Source: Fistulifera solaris
Taxonomy: Eukaryota
Assembly (NCBI GenBank): GCA_030295235.1
Contig: AP026123.1
Location: 620,001 to 684,000, forward strand
DNA length: 64,000 nt
Direction of reading: 5' to 3'
The number at the start of each line of letters is the position of its first letter. The first letter of the stretch is position 1. Positions 24,687 to 37,220 of the stretch are shown here, in pieces. The notes below the pieces were generated by a model that did not search any database, was not told the origin of the DNA, and saw only the letters and a program-made list of their open reading frames with translations. The position numbers and the translations under genes are program-made.

Positions 24687-25454
24687 GACGTGTGTAATGT
24701 CGGCTACCCAGGTCAGTTCTCGTTCACGGGCACTTTTTGACTTTCAGGTTTGTCAACGCATCGGAGAGGTAAATAAGCCATGGTCTCTCTGGTCAGCCTC
24801 ACGTGTTACTATGTTGTTCATTCACCGCTCGAACCCATGCCTACAGGGTTTCATCCTCTTCCAAATTTAATCAAGTCTTTTTGAAGGTTCCTTTGATCGT
24901 TATACCTTGTAAAATATGTACCAGTAATGCGAGGGGTTTATTGTGTGTTGTTGTTGGTGCGCGTTTTATTTACTCCGTATTTTCTTTGCGTCTTTTCAAC
25001 TTTTCGATCGATCGTTATTACTGCACTTTGACGGATGGGTGGACAGATTTTCCAGTCCCGCCATGATTCTCAAATTCTCTGTTTTTTGCTTTCCCATCAA
25101 ATCGTTGCACTTTCTTGTTCTTTTGACGTATCGTTGTCGATGCGATGTTGCCTATTGTGTGTTGACATAGCTTGTCCATGTTGGAGAAAGCGAAGATGGC
25201 ATTGGTGCACACAATACCTGGTAACAGAGCAGAAAAAAATGGTGTGATCGAAAATCGGTCAACATCTATAAGGTTAAAGGATCGACGTTGGGAACACTTT
25301 TCGTCCCTTCGCGATCGCGAGCGATGGAAGTTTGTTATTGCCTATTGCCTCGGTTATTCGTCGGATGACGAAACATCCAGAATGACCATGAAATAAAGAT
25401 GTACGAAAGCTTCTTTTCCCTTTCTATACGAAACAATACGGAAAGAAAGTAACA

Positions 25455-26738
25455 ATGCGATGGCTGAACGAAGAAGTACCGGGAGCAACATGGACCATGT
25501 CGATTGCCAATTGCCATTCTCATTCGTTAGTCGGGAAAGTGCAAATCGACGGGAGTGATGTGCTGTTGTTGATCGATACAAAAGCGACCGATGTATTCCT
25601 GGCGGATCATGTAAGTACACTCAGCAAGTCCCTGTTGAGACGGATGACAGTGTGACTCAACCTTGCTTTACGCGACAGAGTTTATCGTCGTCACATTCGG
25701 TTCCGATCGGCTTGGACAGTCAAATCGAAGCCTTCGATCAAGTCTATCAACAATATACTGGAGATGTCCCATTACCCTGCAACGCCAATGGAATATTAGG
25801 ACTCGGACGAAGCGCAACGACCTCCACCAATGAAACCAGCGTTCTCGGTCATCTGTCTTCCCTCTTGAAACACAACATGTTTGCCATCTACGCCACCACG
25901 ACAGATGACACGAATGCCAACGATAATGTCCTGTCAACGTCTTCTAAAATTGTATGGGGCGGATATGATAATCGTCATTATCAGGATTGTTTGGAATGGA
26001 ATAGTGTGGGTCAATGGGAAGAGGAACAATTGTTCCAAGGCGGTTGGGATGTGGTGTTGCAAGGGGCGTTTTGTCGGTGGAGTCGATTTACCGGACAGCC
26101 AAGAGGCGCTCATTGATACAACGACCTACAATATCCAATGTCCTTCAACAGCGTTGGAAAGAATCATTGAGGTCAACAAATTGGTGTGTTACAAACACAG
26201 TGACGACGCAATGGTAGCGGTGGATTGCGTTTCGGGGGAATATAATGTCTTGGCACTCGCCGATTGTGGTGCCCATTTCGAAAGCTTGGGATTTTACATG
26301 GACGGACACACCTACTACATGAGCAAAGACAATTTAATGTACGAAATAACGGGCTCATCTCACGAAAAGATCTGCGCGCTCCGACTGGAACCTTCCAACA
26401 CGACCGAGAGTTGGGTGCTGGGGACCATTTTCATGACGCGCTATTATACCGTGTTTGATTTTGCTCGCAATCGCATCGGATTCGCCGTGCGCAGTGAAGG
26501 CCGCAACAAAGAACGGTGTCCCGACGACTGGTCCGAGGATATTCGTTACGATGGAAAGCCCATTCCGGTTCCGACGGCTCCACCGACTGCAGCTCCCACG
26601 TCGGCACCCACCATTCTTCTTCCACCCAGCAATGAACCAGGGCCCTCGATGGTGCCAATCATTGCTTCAGCTCTACTGATTCTGTTGTGCTTTGGCTTGT
26701 TTCGAGGGGGGAAGTCGACGGCGGCGGCGGATCCATGA
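25455..26738 (+). CDS. Pepsin-like (A1) aspartic protease homologue with atypical catalytic motifs, Pro/Thr linker and C-terminal TM
   Basis: LLIDTKATDVF, NGILGLG, ALIDTTTYNI, WVLGTIFMTRYYTVFDFARNRIGFA, PTAPPTAAPTSAPT. Intron 25611-25678; slip near 26068; start uncertain. Confidence 0.75.
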
Positions 26739-26909
26739 ATCGAACAATCAATATTCGCTGGCGTCCCGTCACGAAGATGCCGAAGCGCCTGGTCTCGAAT
26801 TGATGTGAGTAGGAGTAGGTCATAGGTAGACTAGCAATAGAATGGTTTAAAGATTTTTCTTAGAAGAAATCGTCCGGATTTTCCTTCTTGTGTTCCTCCC
26901 CCCGATTCG
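26510..26909 (+). repeat. Direct repeat, copy 1 (~400 bp)
   Basis: Aligns to about 29190-29582 from agaacggtgtcccgacg to cgattcg with scattered substitutions and small indels. Confidence 0.95.
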
Positions 26910-29060
26910 AATGCGTTTCGAATGAAGATGATAGTTAGTTCATATTTCATACTCCGGAGTATATTGGTATTTGAATGGTATATGATTATACACTGCGCTT
27001 TTTGGTTTGAGGACCACTTTCGTTTTCTTCTTTGATAGTGACTGAAATTTAGTCGCGATCGCGTAGAACCAACACTTTACCATCATAGTAAAAATGGCAG
27101 TCGACGATACGGATGCTTTTCGACGCAAATAGTTGCGTTTCGAATGAAGATGACAGTTAGTTCATATTTCATATATTGGTATTTGAATGGTATTTGATTT
27201 TACACTTCGCGCTTTTGTTTGTGAACAACTTTGGTGCTCTCGTTGCTTTGGGGGCGTTTTAAAAGTGACTGAAATTTAGTCGCGATCGCGTAGAACCAAC
27301 ACTTTACTGTTATAGTGAAAATGGCAGTCGACGATACGGATGCTTTTCGACGCAAATAGTTGCGTTTCGAATGAAGATGACATTTAGTTCATATTTCATA
27401 TATTGGTATTTGAATGGTATTTGATTATACACTTCGCGCTTTTGTTTGTGAACAACTTTGGTGCTCTCATTGCTTCGGTGGCGTTTCAAATGACTGAAAT
27501 TTAGTCGCGATCGCGTACAACCAACACTTTACTGTTATAGTGAAAATGGCAGTCGACGATACGGATGCTTTTCGACGCAAATAGTTGCGTTTCGAATGAA
27601 GATAGTATTTGAAAGGTGTTTGATTATACACTTCACGCTTTTGTTTGTGAACAACTTTGGTGTTCTCATTGCGTCGGTGGCGTTTTAAAAGTGACTGAAA
27701 TTTAGTCGCGATCGCGTAGAACCAACACTTTACCATCATAGTAAAAATGGCAGTCGACGATACGGATGCTTTTCGACGCAAATAGTTGCGTTTCGAATGA
27801 AGATGACATTTAGTTCATATTTCATATATTGGTATTTGAATGGTATTTGATTATACACTTCGCGCTTTTGTTTGTGAACAACTTTGGTGCTCTCATTGCT
27901 TAATTTGTCGCGATCGCGTAGAACCAACACTTTACCATGATAGTGAAATTTCAGTCGACGACACGGATGCTTTTCGACGCAAATAGTTGCGTTTCGAATG
28001 AAGATGATAGTTAGTTCATATTTCATACTCCGGAGTATATTGGTATCTGAATGGTATTTGATTATACACTTCACGCTTTTGTTTGTGAACAACTTTGGTG
28101 CTCTCATTGCTTTGGGGGCGTTTTAAAAGTGACTGAAATTTAGTCGCGATCGCGTAGAACCAACACTTTACCATGATAGTGAAAATGGCAGTCGACGATA
28201 CGGATGCTTTTCGACGCAAATAGTTGCGTTTCGAATGAAGATGACATTTAGTTCATATTTCATATATTGGTATTTGAATGGTATTTGATTTTACACTTCG
28301 CGCTTTTGTTTGTGAACAACTTTGGTGCTCTCATTGCTTCGGTGGTGTTTTAAAAGTGACTGAAATTTAGTCGCGATCGCGTAGAACCAACACTTTACCA
28401 TCATAGTAAAAATGGCAGTCGACGATACGGATGCTTTTCGACGCAAATAGTTGCGTTTCGAATGAAGATGACAGTTAGTTCATATTTCATATATTGGTAT
28501 CTGAATGGCATTTGATTATACACTTCACGCTTTTGCTTGTGAACAACTTTGGTGCTCTCATTGCTTCAGTGGTGTTTTAAAAGTGACTGAAATTTAGTCG
28601 CGATCGCGTAGAACCAACACTTTACTGTTATAGTGAAAATGGCAGTCGACGATACGGATGCTTTTCGAACGCAAATAGTTGCGTTTCGACTAAAAATGAT
28701 AGTTGGTTCATATTTCATGGTATTTGATTATACACTTCACGCTTTTGTTTGTGAACAACTTTGGTGCTCTCATTGCTTTGGGGGCGTTTCAAAAGTGACT
28801 GAAATTTAGTCGCGATCGCGTAGAACCAACACTTTACCATCATAGTAAAAATGGCAATCGACGATACGGATGCTTTTCGACGCAAATACTTGTAGTTGCG
28901 TTTCGAAAGAAGATAGTATTTGAAAGGTTTTTGATTTTATACAATTCGCGATTTTGTTTGTGAACAAAGATCTTTGGTGCTCTCATTGCTTCGGTGGCGT
29001 TTTAAGTGACTTTTTTTTTTTATGTCGCGATCGCGTACAACCAACACTTTACCATCATAC
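26910..29060. repeat. AT-rich satellite, consensus 227 bp, ~9.5 units
   Basis: tcgcgatcgcgta at 27053, 27280, 27505, 27706, 27908, 28144, 28371, 28598, 28810, 29025 (spacings 201-236). Confidence 0.97.
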
Positions 29061-29189
29061 TTTGTAGTAGCGGGCAGCGCTCTTCCAACAATTCTCAATT
29101 ATTATAAAATGTTATTATGCTAAAACGTTGGAGAGAGCTGCCGTTGCCACGGACTTCTAAACTTTTTTGCTTCGTAAGCCGTAAGCGAA

Positions 29190-29582
29190 AGAACGGTGTC
29201 CCGACGACTGGTCCGAGGATATTCGTTACGATGGAAAGCCCATTCCGGTTCCGACGGCTCCACCGACTGCAGCTCCCATGTCGGCACCCACCATTCTTCT
29301 TCAACCCAACAATGAGCAAGGGCCTTCGATGGTACCAATTATTGCTTCAGCTCTAGTGATTCCGTTGTGCTTTGGCTTGTTTCGAGGGGGGGAGTCGACG
29401 GCCGCGGCGGATTAATGAATCGAACAACCAATATTCATTGACGTCCCGTCACGAAGATGCCGAAGCGCCTGGACTAGAATTGATGTGAATTAGGAGAAGT
29501 AGACTAGCAATAGAATGGTTTAAAGATTTTTCTTAGAAAAAATCGTCCGGATTTTCCTTCTTGTGTTCCTCTACTCGATTCG
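29190..29582 (+). repeat. Direct repeat, copy 2
   Basis: Second copy of 26510-26909; carries a detached protease 3' end and the intact 3' end of the TMEM70-like gene. Confidence 0.95.
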
Positions 29583-30201
29583 GATCGACGAGTTGTAATT
29601 GTTTCCTCAGTGTTGCATTATGAACATACTCTGGATGTACATACAACTGCTTCCCTTTCGCAACAAAATTACACAACGGATGCAATCCTTTGTAGGGAAC
29701 TACATCCGTTTCCGGATCAAAGACAGTTTCCACACTGGTCAAGAATAGGCTACGTGAGACCGCCTTGAGCAAGCAATCGGATTCTTTCATTTCGTTCGGT
29801 AGGGCCATTGAATTGATTTCATCAGTGGCAACCCCTGCTTTCTTTTTATGATGACATTTCCGCACGGGAATCTTTTCTATCTTGTACACGTAGGGCGAAA
29901 AGACAAAATGAATGGCGGCGGTCGAGACCACGGAACCGGCGACGAATGTCATACCGAATGCCAGAATGCCCACTTCGACGTCGGGTATTCCTCGTATGGC
30001 ACAAAACGCGGGCAGACCGACACTTCCGGTGAAAGCCGATAACACCGAAACGGCCCTCAATCGTGTGACAATCCCTCCCATGGGCGATTCGTACAACACA
30101 GTGGAGGCTTCATCGGTAGCAAAGTTGCGACACGGCCATGATGTTACACGAAATGACGCTGACGGCCAAATCATCCGCGCTGGCACTAACTTGAAAGACA
30201 T
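29533..30201 (-). CDS. TMEM70/TMEM186-like mitochondrial membrane protein
   Basis: Presequence-like start MSFKLVPARMIW; YESPMGGIVTRLRAVS, two TM helices, STAAIHFVFSPYVYKI. Confidence 0.65.
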   Translation of the reverse strand: MSFKLVPARMIWPSASFRVTSWPCRNFATDEASTVLYESPMGGIVTRLRAVSVLSAFTGSVGLPAFCAIRGIPDVEVGILAFGMTFVAGSVVSTAAIHFVFSPYVYKIEKIPVRKCHHKKKAGVATDEINSMALPNEMKESDCLLKAVSRSLFLTSVETVFDPETDVVPYKGLHPLCNFVAKGKQLYVHPEYVHNATLRKQLQLVDPNRVEEHKKENPDDFF

Positions 30202-30585
30202 CGTCGCTTTATAAAGATTAGCGAAAAAAAAACAAAAGTCTAAATAATACACAGCAGCAAAATAAATGTTGTGGGTGTGTCGCCGTTTAAAAAAAAAAAA
30301 GCGGGGAGGGGGGAATTCGTGATAGAATCCAGTCGGATTAACTCGGGTGCCGGCAGTACAAGTCGCCTCGTTGCTAGGGCAAGTTAGACTACAGACCGAA
30401 CAAGATAGCGGAGTACCGTACCGAGTTGAGAAGTGAAAGTGGCACACATGTCTTCTAACCTGTCGATGAGTAGCGTAGCAGCAGCAATTGATTTCGCTAA
30501 TCTACAATGGTGCACGCAGCAATTGTCAACGAATTTATGACAAAAATATACATAGTACCCCTTATTTCTGTGTCGTGACTTATGA

Positions 30586-32206
30586 CTATGGCTCATAGCG
30601 TCCCGGCCCCATCGCCATGGAGTTCCCACAACTCTTTAAGTCAACAACTACGGCAGAGAAATTATCCGTCGATCCGCATGACTTTGCGTGTTCACATAGA
30701 TTGCGAGCCGCCCATTTGAAGCGATCGGTATCGATCATCAGCTTTCCATGCTCCATTGCACAAGACGATGCTATCACTACGTGAGCGGCCTCCTCATTGT
30801 CCAGCACATCCCAGATTCCGTCCGACGATACAATGAGGAACAAATCATCCTTTCCAATGTCATATTCACAAATCTCCGGATCCGCAATCACGTAAGGCTT
30901 CAGACTGGCATCGCCAATAGAGCGCGATACAGACAACAAGCCCTCCTGAACGAATTTTTAATGCGTAGAAAAGAGGGTGAGAAGAGATAGTAGAAGGAAT
31001 ACAACCGAATATAAGATCGTGACGGTGCTTTTGTGGAGCAGCGTAAAAACCAGACTTACCACTCTCCATCGTCCCCAATGAATAACTCTACCCCCGAGCT
31101 CTGTAATCCGCCGTGTTTCATCCGGTAAACCGGGCTTGTGATCGCGACTCAGTCTTACAATCGAACCATCCCGCCGAACAATAATAGCCCGGGAATCTCC
31201 CGCATTCGCGCATACGACGCGTCGCCCTCCCACAAGCGTCACAGCACACGCCGTACTTCCATCTGGTTGACCTGTTCTCACAAAGTCATCATCAACTGAT
31301 AGAAAAGTATTCTTCATGGCGTAACCCAGATCATACGGATAAGATTTGTCATTCCGAAGATAGGCCGTCATCCAATCGGCACAAAACTGACTGGCCTTGT
31401 CTCCCCCGTGACCATCAAAGATCCCCAAGAACGTCAGTGGCATAGTCAGCCGCTGCGTCCGCTTTCTTCCGTATGTCACTTCCACATCCTGTGAATTTGA
31501 CTTGACATCCACAGCAGGACTTACTTCGACCTGCACGGCATCGAGATTCTCAACGCAATACCTGTTTCCGAAAAAGCAACGAATGAGAAGAGGGCTCGAT
31601 GTTGGATTCTATCAATGAAAGACAAAAAACTTACCGATCTTCCATGTAAGGTCGTCCTCCCTCATCACTCCAGTGACTAACGTTAAGATGTATCCCATTA
31701 GGACGCAATTCCCGTCGTTCCATTACCGAAGGACCGACCGGTTGTTTCTCTGCCCCATCCGTAATAGATGATCTCAACGAATATCTCACTCGAGTCAGAT
31801 GAGCCGGAAGCGAAGCTGGAGTGTGTCCGAAAATATCACCCATTTCCGAAGCTAAAGGAGACGGCGGAGATGTCAATTCTGATTCTACTTCTTGAGATCG
31901 ACTATTTCGCAAAAACTTTGGCACCCCTAAACACGATTTTGTCGAGATCCCTTTGAATTTCATACAGTGGTCGCGATAACTCTCTCCCGGATCCGATTCG
32001 TACGGATCTTCCTCCGCAGCAGGCGCACTGCGACTCCGGCGTCGCGTAGTGTCGTCGTTCCGTTCCTTATTCTTTCGTGCTAGCCGCTTCTTTCGCAGCT
32101 CCCATCCGTTTGATTTACTTGCCGTTGTTGATTCTTCCAGTGACTGATTTTCCTCCACAGTTTCCATCGTCGCTTCTCCGCTTCGTGATCGAAAGAATGG
32201 CGCCAT
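30586..32206 (-). CDS. PP2C/PPM protein phosphatase
   Basis: GGRPYMEDR, GIFDGHGG, ANAGDSRA, DHKP, VSRSIGD, SSDGIWD, GSTDN; introns 31562-31634 and 30946-31059. Confidence 0.95.
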
Positions 32207-33460
32207 GGTAATGAAGAATGTAGTTCGAAACGTTTACAACTTTTCGTGTACCTGGTGGGAGTTGTCGCTAGTTTTCCTTAAGACAGATTTGTATGTGATT
32301 GCCGTTGAAAGATCCGCAACTGCGGTACCGACACAAGTTGCTTCAAGGATACTCTAACAACGTCAACAGCGGTGAAAGGTTCACGGATATTCTCTTTGAA
32401 ACTCGCTCTCTTGCTGTAATCGTAATTTCAGAATCTTAAAGTAAAACCTTTACGAACACGGCTTTATTGTTGAGTGGAAGATGTCCGCTGTCTCGCAGTA
32501 AAGTTTCAAACGAAACAAAGCGTAATACTAATATTTCAAATTGAAACGATCAATGATATCGACAACGGAATATTGCTTCCTAACGGGCTCAACACGTGCT
32601 GCAGTTGCATTTCTTCGGTTTCAGTCGCAGTCCGTTTCATCGCGTGGTTGGCCCCAAACAAACTCTCGTCTCGCTTCTCGTTCGTGCTTTCTTGCAGCGC
32701 TGGATTTCTTCCACCGTTTTCACTATCCAAAAAATATGTTATGCGCTATGATCCTATACAGCCTTGTATAAAGAATACTGCGATACTATCACTTTTAGCT
32801 TGGCTGCTTATTCTAACTATCGCTAAGTGAGACATGCGTTCTCTAAACAGCGAACGTTACTTAGGTGGCACGGTTTCGCCATTCCCAACACTCCCAACAA
32901 AACTCGTTCCACTTCGTCTTGCGGCATTACGGCTATACCACTTAAAGTAGTCTGGTGCGGACAAAGAATTTTGCCAAGAAAGGAATTCTCTTCGTGTTTT
33001 ACAAATAAGAAAATCAAAGAAGCGTAAAAAATAATGTCATAATGACGATTTCTGTTTAAAATATACAAAACTGGAGACTCTTGTTATATTTCTGCTTTCT
33101 GAGCACGTAACCAGTATGGACATACGGACATACGTTACTGGTAAAAGTCGAAGGAAAGCATTTTCATGATTTTCCTCTTTTTCTTTTCCTTGACGATGGC
33201 CTACTTTCTGTATCAGAGTTCTATTCCTCGTTAACCGAAAAATTGCAAACGGAATTTCGTCCACAACACACACACGCCACATGCCACCGACCGCCGACGC
33301 CGACCAAGAAAAGGAGGAATGACCTAAGCGCACCGAAGGCCAAAAGACATCTTCTGCACCAACATTGACCAACAAAGTTCAAGAAAGGTATTCAAAAAAG
33401 CTTATTGTTGACCAAAAAAGGAAAGCGTTTACTTCCAAAATTGACAGCACGATCAGAAGA

Positions 33461-34201
33461 ATGCCAAGTACTTGTAGTGCAACTCAATTGCAATATCAAG
33501 TGCTGCTAGCTGCAGCAGCCCAAGATGGAGCGCTGGCGGAAGTTAAATTTCTAATCAACAACGAGAAAGTCGACATCAATGGAGGAGATGTTTTTGATGA
33601 GACTCCTTTGCATTGGGCCGTTTCGTCTCAAAATGCATCCGTCGTTCAATTTTTACTAGAAAACGGTGCCGATGTCAATCGGCCTCATCTCAAAACCCGA
33701 GAAACACCGCTGCACCGAGCGTGTTCCGCAGGAAGCTTAGAAGCAGTTCGTCTGCTCTTTCAATTTGGCGCCGATGGTGTATGCCTTGACAAAGTACGAC
33801 GATCACCCTTACAATCTGCAATTCAAAAGTGCCAATGGCACATCGCTCAATACTTTATTGAGGATCAACCAAAAATATTATCTTCCTGTCCGGAATTGTG
33901 CCTGCGGATCACTCAATTCGGTCAGATATCGTTGCTGAAACAATTTTTGAAAAAGGAAGCGGCAGACACATTGGCTTTTTGTTGGGCAATCCGACATCAG
34001 GCGATAGAACTAGTTACGGTATTTTTGCGCAGCAACGCTTCGTTAGTACACCGAGACCACCGTATAGGGGAAACCGCTTTGACGATGGCTTGTAAACAGC
34101 GCTTTCCGGATGCATTACATGCTATGCTCCGATCTCGCCCAGACGTTTGGCCGGATGTTGCTACTTTGTTATCGGGCAAGGGAGCAACAGACATCAGTTA
34201 G
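33461..34201 (+). CDS. Ankyrin repeat protein
   Basis: ETPLHWAV...LLENGADVN, ETPLHRAC, SPLQSAI, ETALTMAC. Confidence 0.9.
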   Translation: MPSTCSATQLQYQVLLAAAAQDGALAEVKFLINNEKVDINGGDVFDETPLHWAVSSQNASVVQFLLENGADVNRPHLKTRETPLHRACSAGSLEAVRLLFQFGADGVCLDKVRRSPLQSAIQKCQWHIAQYFIEDQPKILSSCPELCLRITQFGQISLLKQFLKKEAADTLAFCWAIRHQAIELVTVFLRSNASLVHRDHRIGETALTMACKQRFPDALHAMLRSRPDVWPDVATLLSGKGATDIS

Positions 34202-34272
34202 ACCTTAAATTTTACGCTAAAATATTGGTCTTTTTTTCAACGTCAAGTCGCGCAATAACTTTGCAACCAAAT

Positions 34273-35903
34273 TTACGGCAACCCTCCTAGAATCGTCTGT
34301 ACGGGTCCAATCCCTCCAGCATTCTCTTCCAAGGACTTTTTCCAGTTCGTCACAATGTCTTCTTCGTGCTCACGCTGACCCATGAGTTCCATGTCCATCG
34401 CATTCATTACATCCTTCATTGTGATGGTTTCCTCGTTACCCTCGTCATCGCCTTCTTCTTCATCAGCTAGCTCATAGTCTTCGACCGAGAAATACGGATC
34501 AGGTAGATGGTCCAAGAAGTCGAGATCTTCAGGAACAGTTGCTTTAAGTGTGGCTTGTAAGATGTTGAGAAACACAACTGGATTGACACTAGGACTGTCG
34601 GCTGCTGGAATCCCATCAAACTCGCTCGGGGTTCGTAAAAATGACTCGACTTGATGCTCTAGAACATTTTCGTTCACATTGAAGTTTTGTTCGTCAGAGA
34701 TCTCCATCCAAGATTCATCCTCGTCAACGTCCGATCGCCTTGGCAGTCCATCCCAACCAGGCTGATCGACTCCTTTTTCAGGATTGAACGTAATAATGCT
34801 GCTCCGTACTGAATCTTTGTACACTGCTCGTCAAGCTTCAAAAAGGAGTCAAGGTCGACGGCCGCGCGATTTGGTCCGGCTTGAAAGGCTTCTAAAAACC
34901 ATGACACATCACTCCCCGTCCTAGCTAGTAAAGCAGGCCATCGCTGTAAGAGAGCGGATTCCGATGGAGAAGAAGAAGTGGAAATCAAATGTTGCAGACC
35001 CGCCACTATACGAACCCCCAGGGCAACGCCGTTCCGTAAATGCGGCGTTGCATCATTCGCCGCTTGTCGCATCAGGCGATTCAATTCGGGAGTGCGAAAA
35101 GGAACTTGTTCCGAATCGGGCCACGTTCGACTCACCGCAGTCCGTAGTGCAGCGTATTGGGTTCGCCCCAACGAACACGTCGTCCATACCCAATCCACTT
35201 GGTCCGCCGACAAATGAGGATTCCGCGACAACGATTGTTCGATGAACGCAGCAGCTGCTTCGTTTCCCATTTGAGGAAGCGTTTGCAGTAAGTATGCGAT
35301 TTGTCGAGGGACAGCAACAGCCGTGCGTTGAAGCGTAGGAGCAGACGACGCCACTTTCGCTTGGATTGCTTTACGAAATGCATCCGAAACAACTTCCAAG
35401 CGCTTCTCATTTATAGCTAACAAAGCTTGGTCAATGGTAAAACAATCGTTCGGCGGAGGTATCAGAATAATGTTCCCGTTCTGTATCCAGCATCGATTCC
35501 TACAATACTCCACTTCATCGTCCGATTGTGCATGGACCCAATCGGGCAAATGATAGGCAGCCTCGGTCAATAACAAATCACCGTCTTCCCAAAATTTCAC
35601 CACAATGTTGTCGTCCCCGGCATTCAAAAATAACCCAACAAGATACCAGCAGTCTCGAACATCACAGTAACATAAATTGGCTCGCAAGTGAGGTATTCTA
35701 TCCTCGCTGACATGTACATCAAAGCAAGGACGATGCCACCACGGATAGTCGTCGAGCTTCGCATTCCAGTCAACAGCCAATTGTGCCAAGGCAACAAAGT
35801 CGTGCGGATTCCGGTAATCCTTGCGATGACAATAAATTTCAACGAGTAGCTCACTCTGGGGTGACGTCTGTGCTGCTAAGGCTTCTTCTAGCAAGGTTGC
35901 CAT
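34273..35903 (-). CDS. ECD: Ecdysoneless (SGT1/ECD family) protein
   Basis: DGDLLLTEAAYHLPDWV, RNRCWIQNGNIILIPP, DEDESWM, MNAMDMEL, SLEENAGGIGPV; frameshift near 34810. Confidence 0.85.
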
Positions 35904-36566
35904 GGTTTCATGTTTGGTAAATAATAACGACTAAACAAACAAAAACGCGCTTTATTCATTGGTAAAAACATCTCATTTTTTACTCCTTACAATCACAACT
36001 ATAGCCCAAAATGTGGACGACTTTTAGTATAGTCCGAAGTGTAAGCTTCACACGAAGCAACATTTTCTCTTGCTAGCTACCTCACCTTCACTCTTTCGGC
36101 AATCTTGTTAGCCTACATTGGTATAAAATAATACCTGGTACGATACAATCATTACGTAGCACTCGCAACACACGTAACGACTAGTAACGTCGATGAAACA
36201 TGTGAAACGTTGTCTTCCGTTTTTTACTATATCCCTTGAGTGTTGTCCGTTTTCGACAAGACTGCAATTGAGCATGAATCAATATTCCTTCCCAGACTGC
36301 TACCTCTAGCCTTTACTCCTTCCCCTAGCTTTCACCGAGACACATCAATCATCAACATCATTTGTTATACATGCTACAATTCGAAATTAGGATCGTTGTC
36401 TTCCCTAGTTCTACTATAGCCTAATGGAACTTCTGCATGTAATTGCCTGGCTACTGGTAGTCCTCAGCGCAAGAAGGCTAATAATGTATGTGGACTTAGC
36501 GCGCTCATCGGCTATAACGAGGAAATTAGGCAGTGTTTAATGCATACTCTCTATAGATTGCGAATG

Positions 36567-36857
36567 CTAACACAATTCCCCTTTAGCATGCACCAGTCGT
36601 TTTTGAGGATAGAAATTGTCAAAGGGGCGAAATCTATTACCAGCAAAGTCGTGGCGGCAAGAATTTTTCACTTGTTGCCTAACTTCGTTGCTTACTGGGG
36701 CTTCTGACCCGCTGCAATATCGTTCATTTTCTGTTTCATTTCGATCTTGATCTACGTGTAAGGACGCTGCAATCGCAGCCAACAGTTGGGCTTCTTCCTC
36801 TTCGTGAGTACGAGGAGATAAGTGAAACAACATTCTGTTTGCCGATTGAGAAGTCAT
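36567..36857 (-). CDS. Small protein with a ubiquitin-interacting motif
   Basis: EEEEAQLLAAIAASL matches the UIM consensus. Confidence 0.45.
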   Translation of the reverse strand: MTSQSANRMLFHLSPRTHEEEEAQLLAAIAASLHVDQDRNETENERYCSGSEAPVSNEVRQQVKNSCRHDFAGNRFRPFDNFYPQKRLVHAKGELC

Positions 36858-37220
36858 TGATGTTTGTGTTTCTTTTAAGGAAGAAAGAACCGGTCGTCTT
36901 GTTCTTTGTCACAATTTTGTGACCAAAAAGTGTTGGAAGAATGAAAAAATGATGTGAAACGAGTGCGAAGTGCGAAGCACGATTCATTCGCGAATTCGCG
37001 GAAGGTGTTCGCAAAATGACAGGTTCCGTGTTCCATGTCCATCTCGCGCTTCATCACGTTCCGCGAGATGCGAACGGAGAAACCGCTCGGTGTAGACGTA
37101 CGAAACAGACGAATGAAGCATGAAAGAAAGGAACTGCGCTGTCCTCGTCCCTAGCCAATTTCCCAAAGCCTAGGAAGACTATAAGTAAGATCAGACAGGT
37201 AGATTAGTCTTTTATTGTCA

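Noticed and set aside
26910..29060. Hammerhead on the minus strand (GAAACGCAA-ctat-TTGCGTC) and short ORFs in the satellite
   Set aside because: No CTGANGA box or stem I partner; the ORFs are repeat translations.
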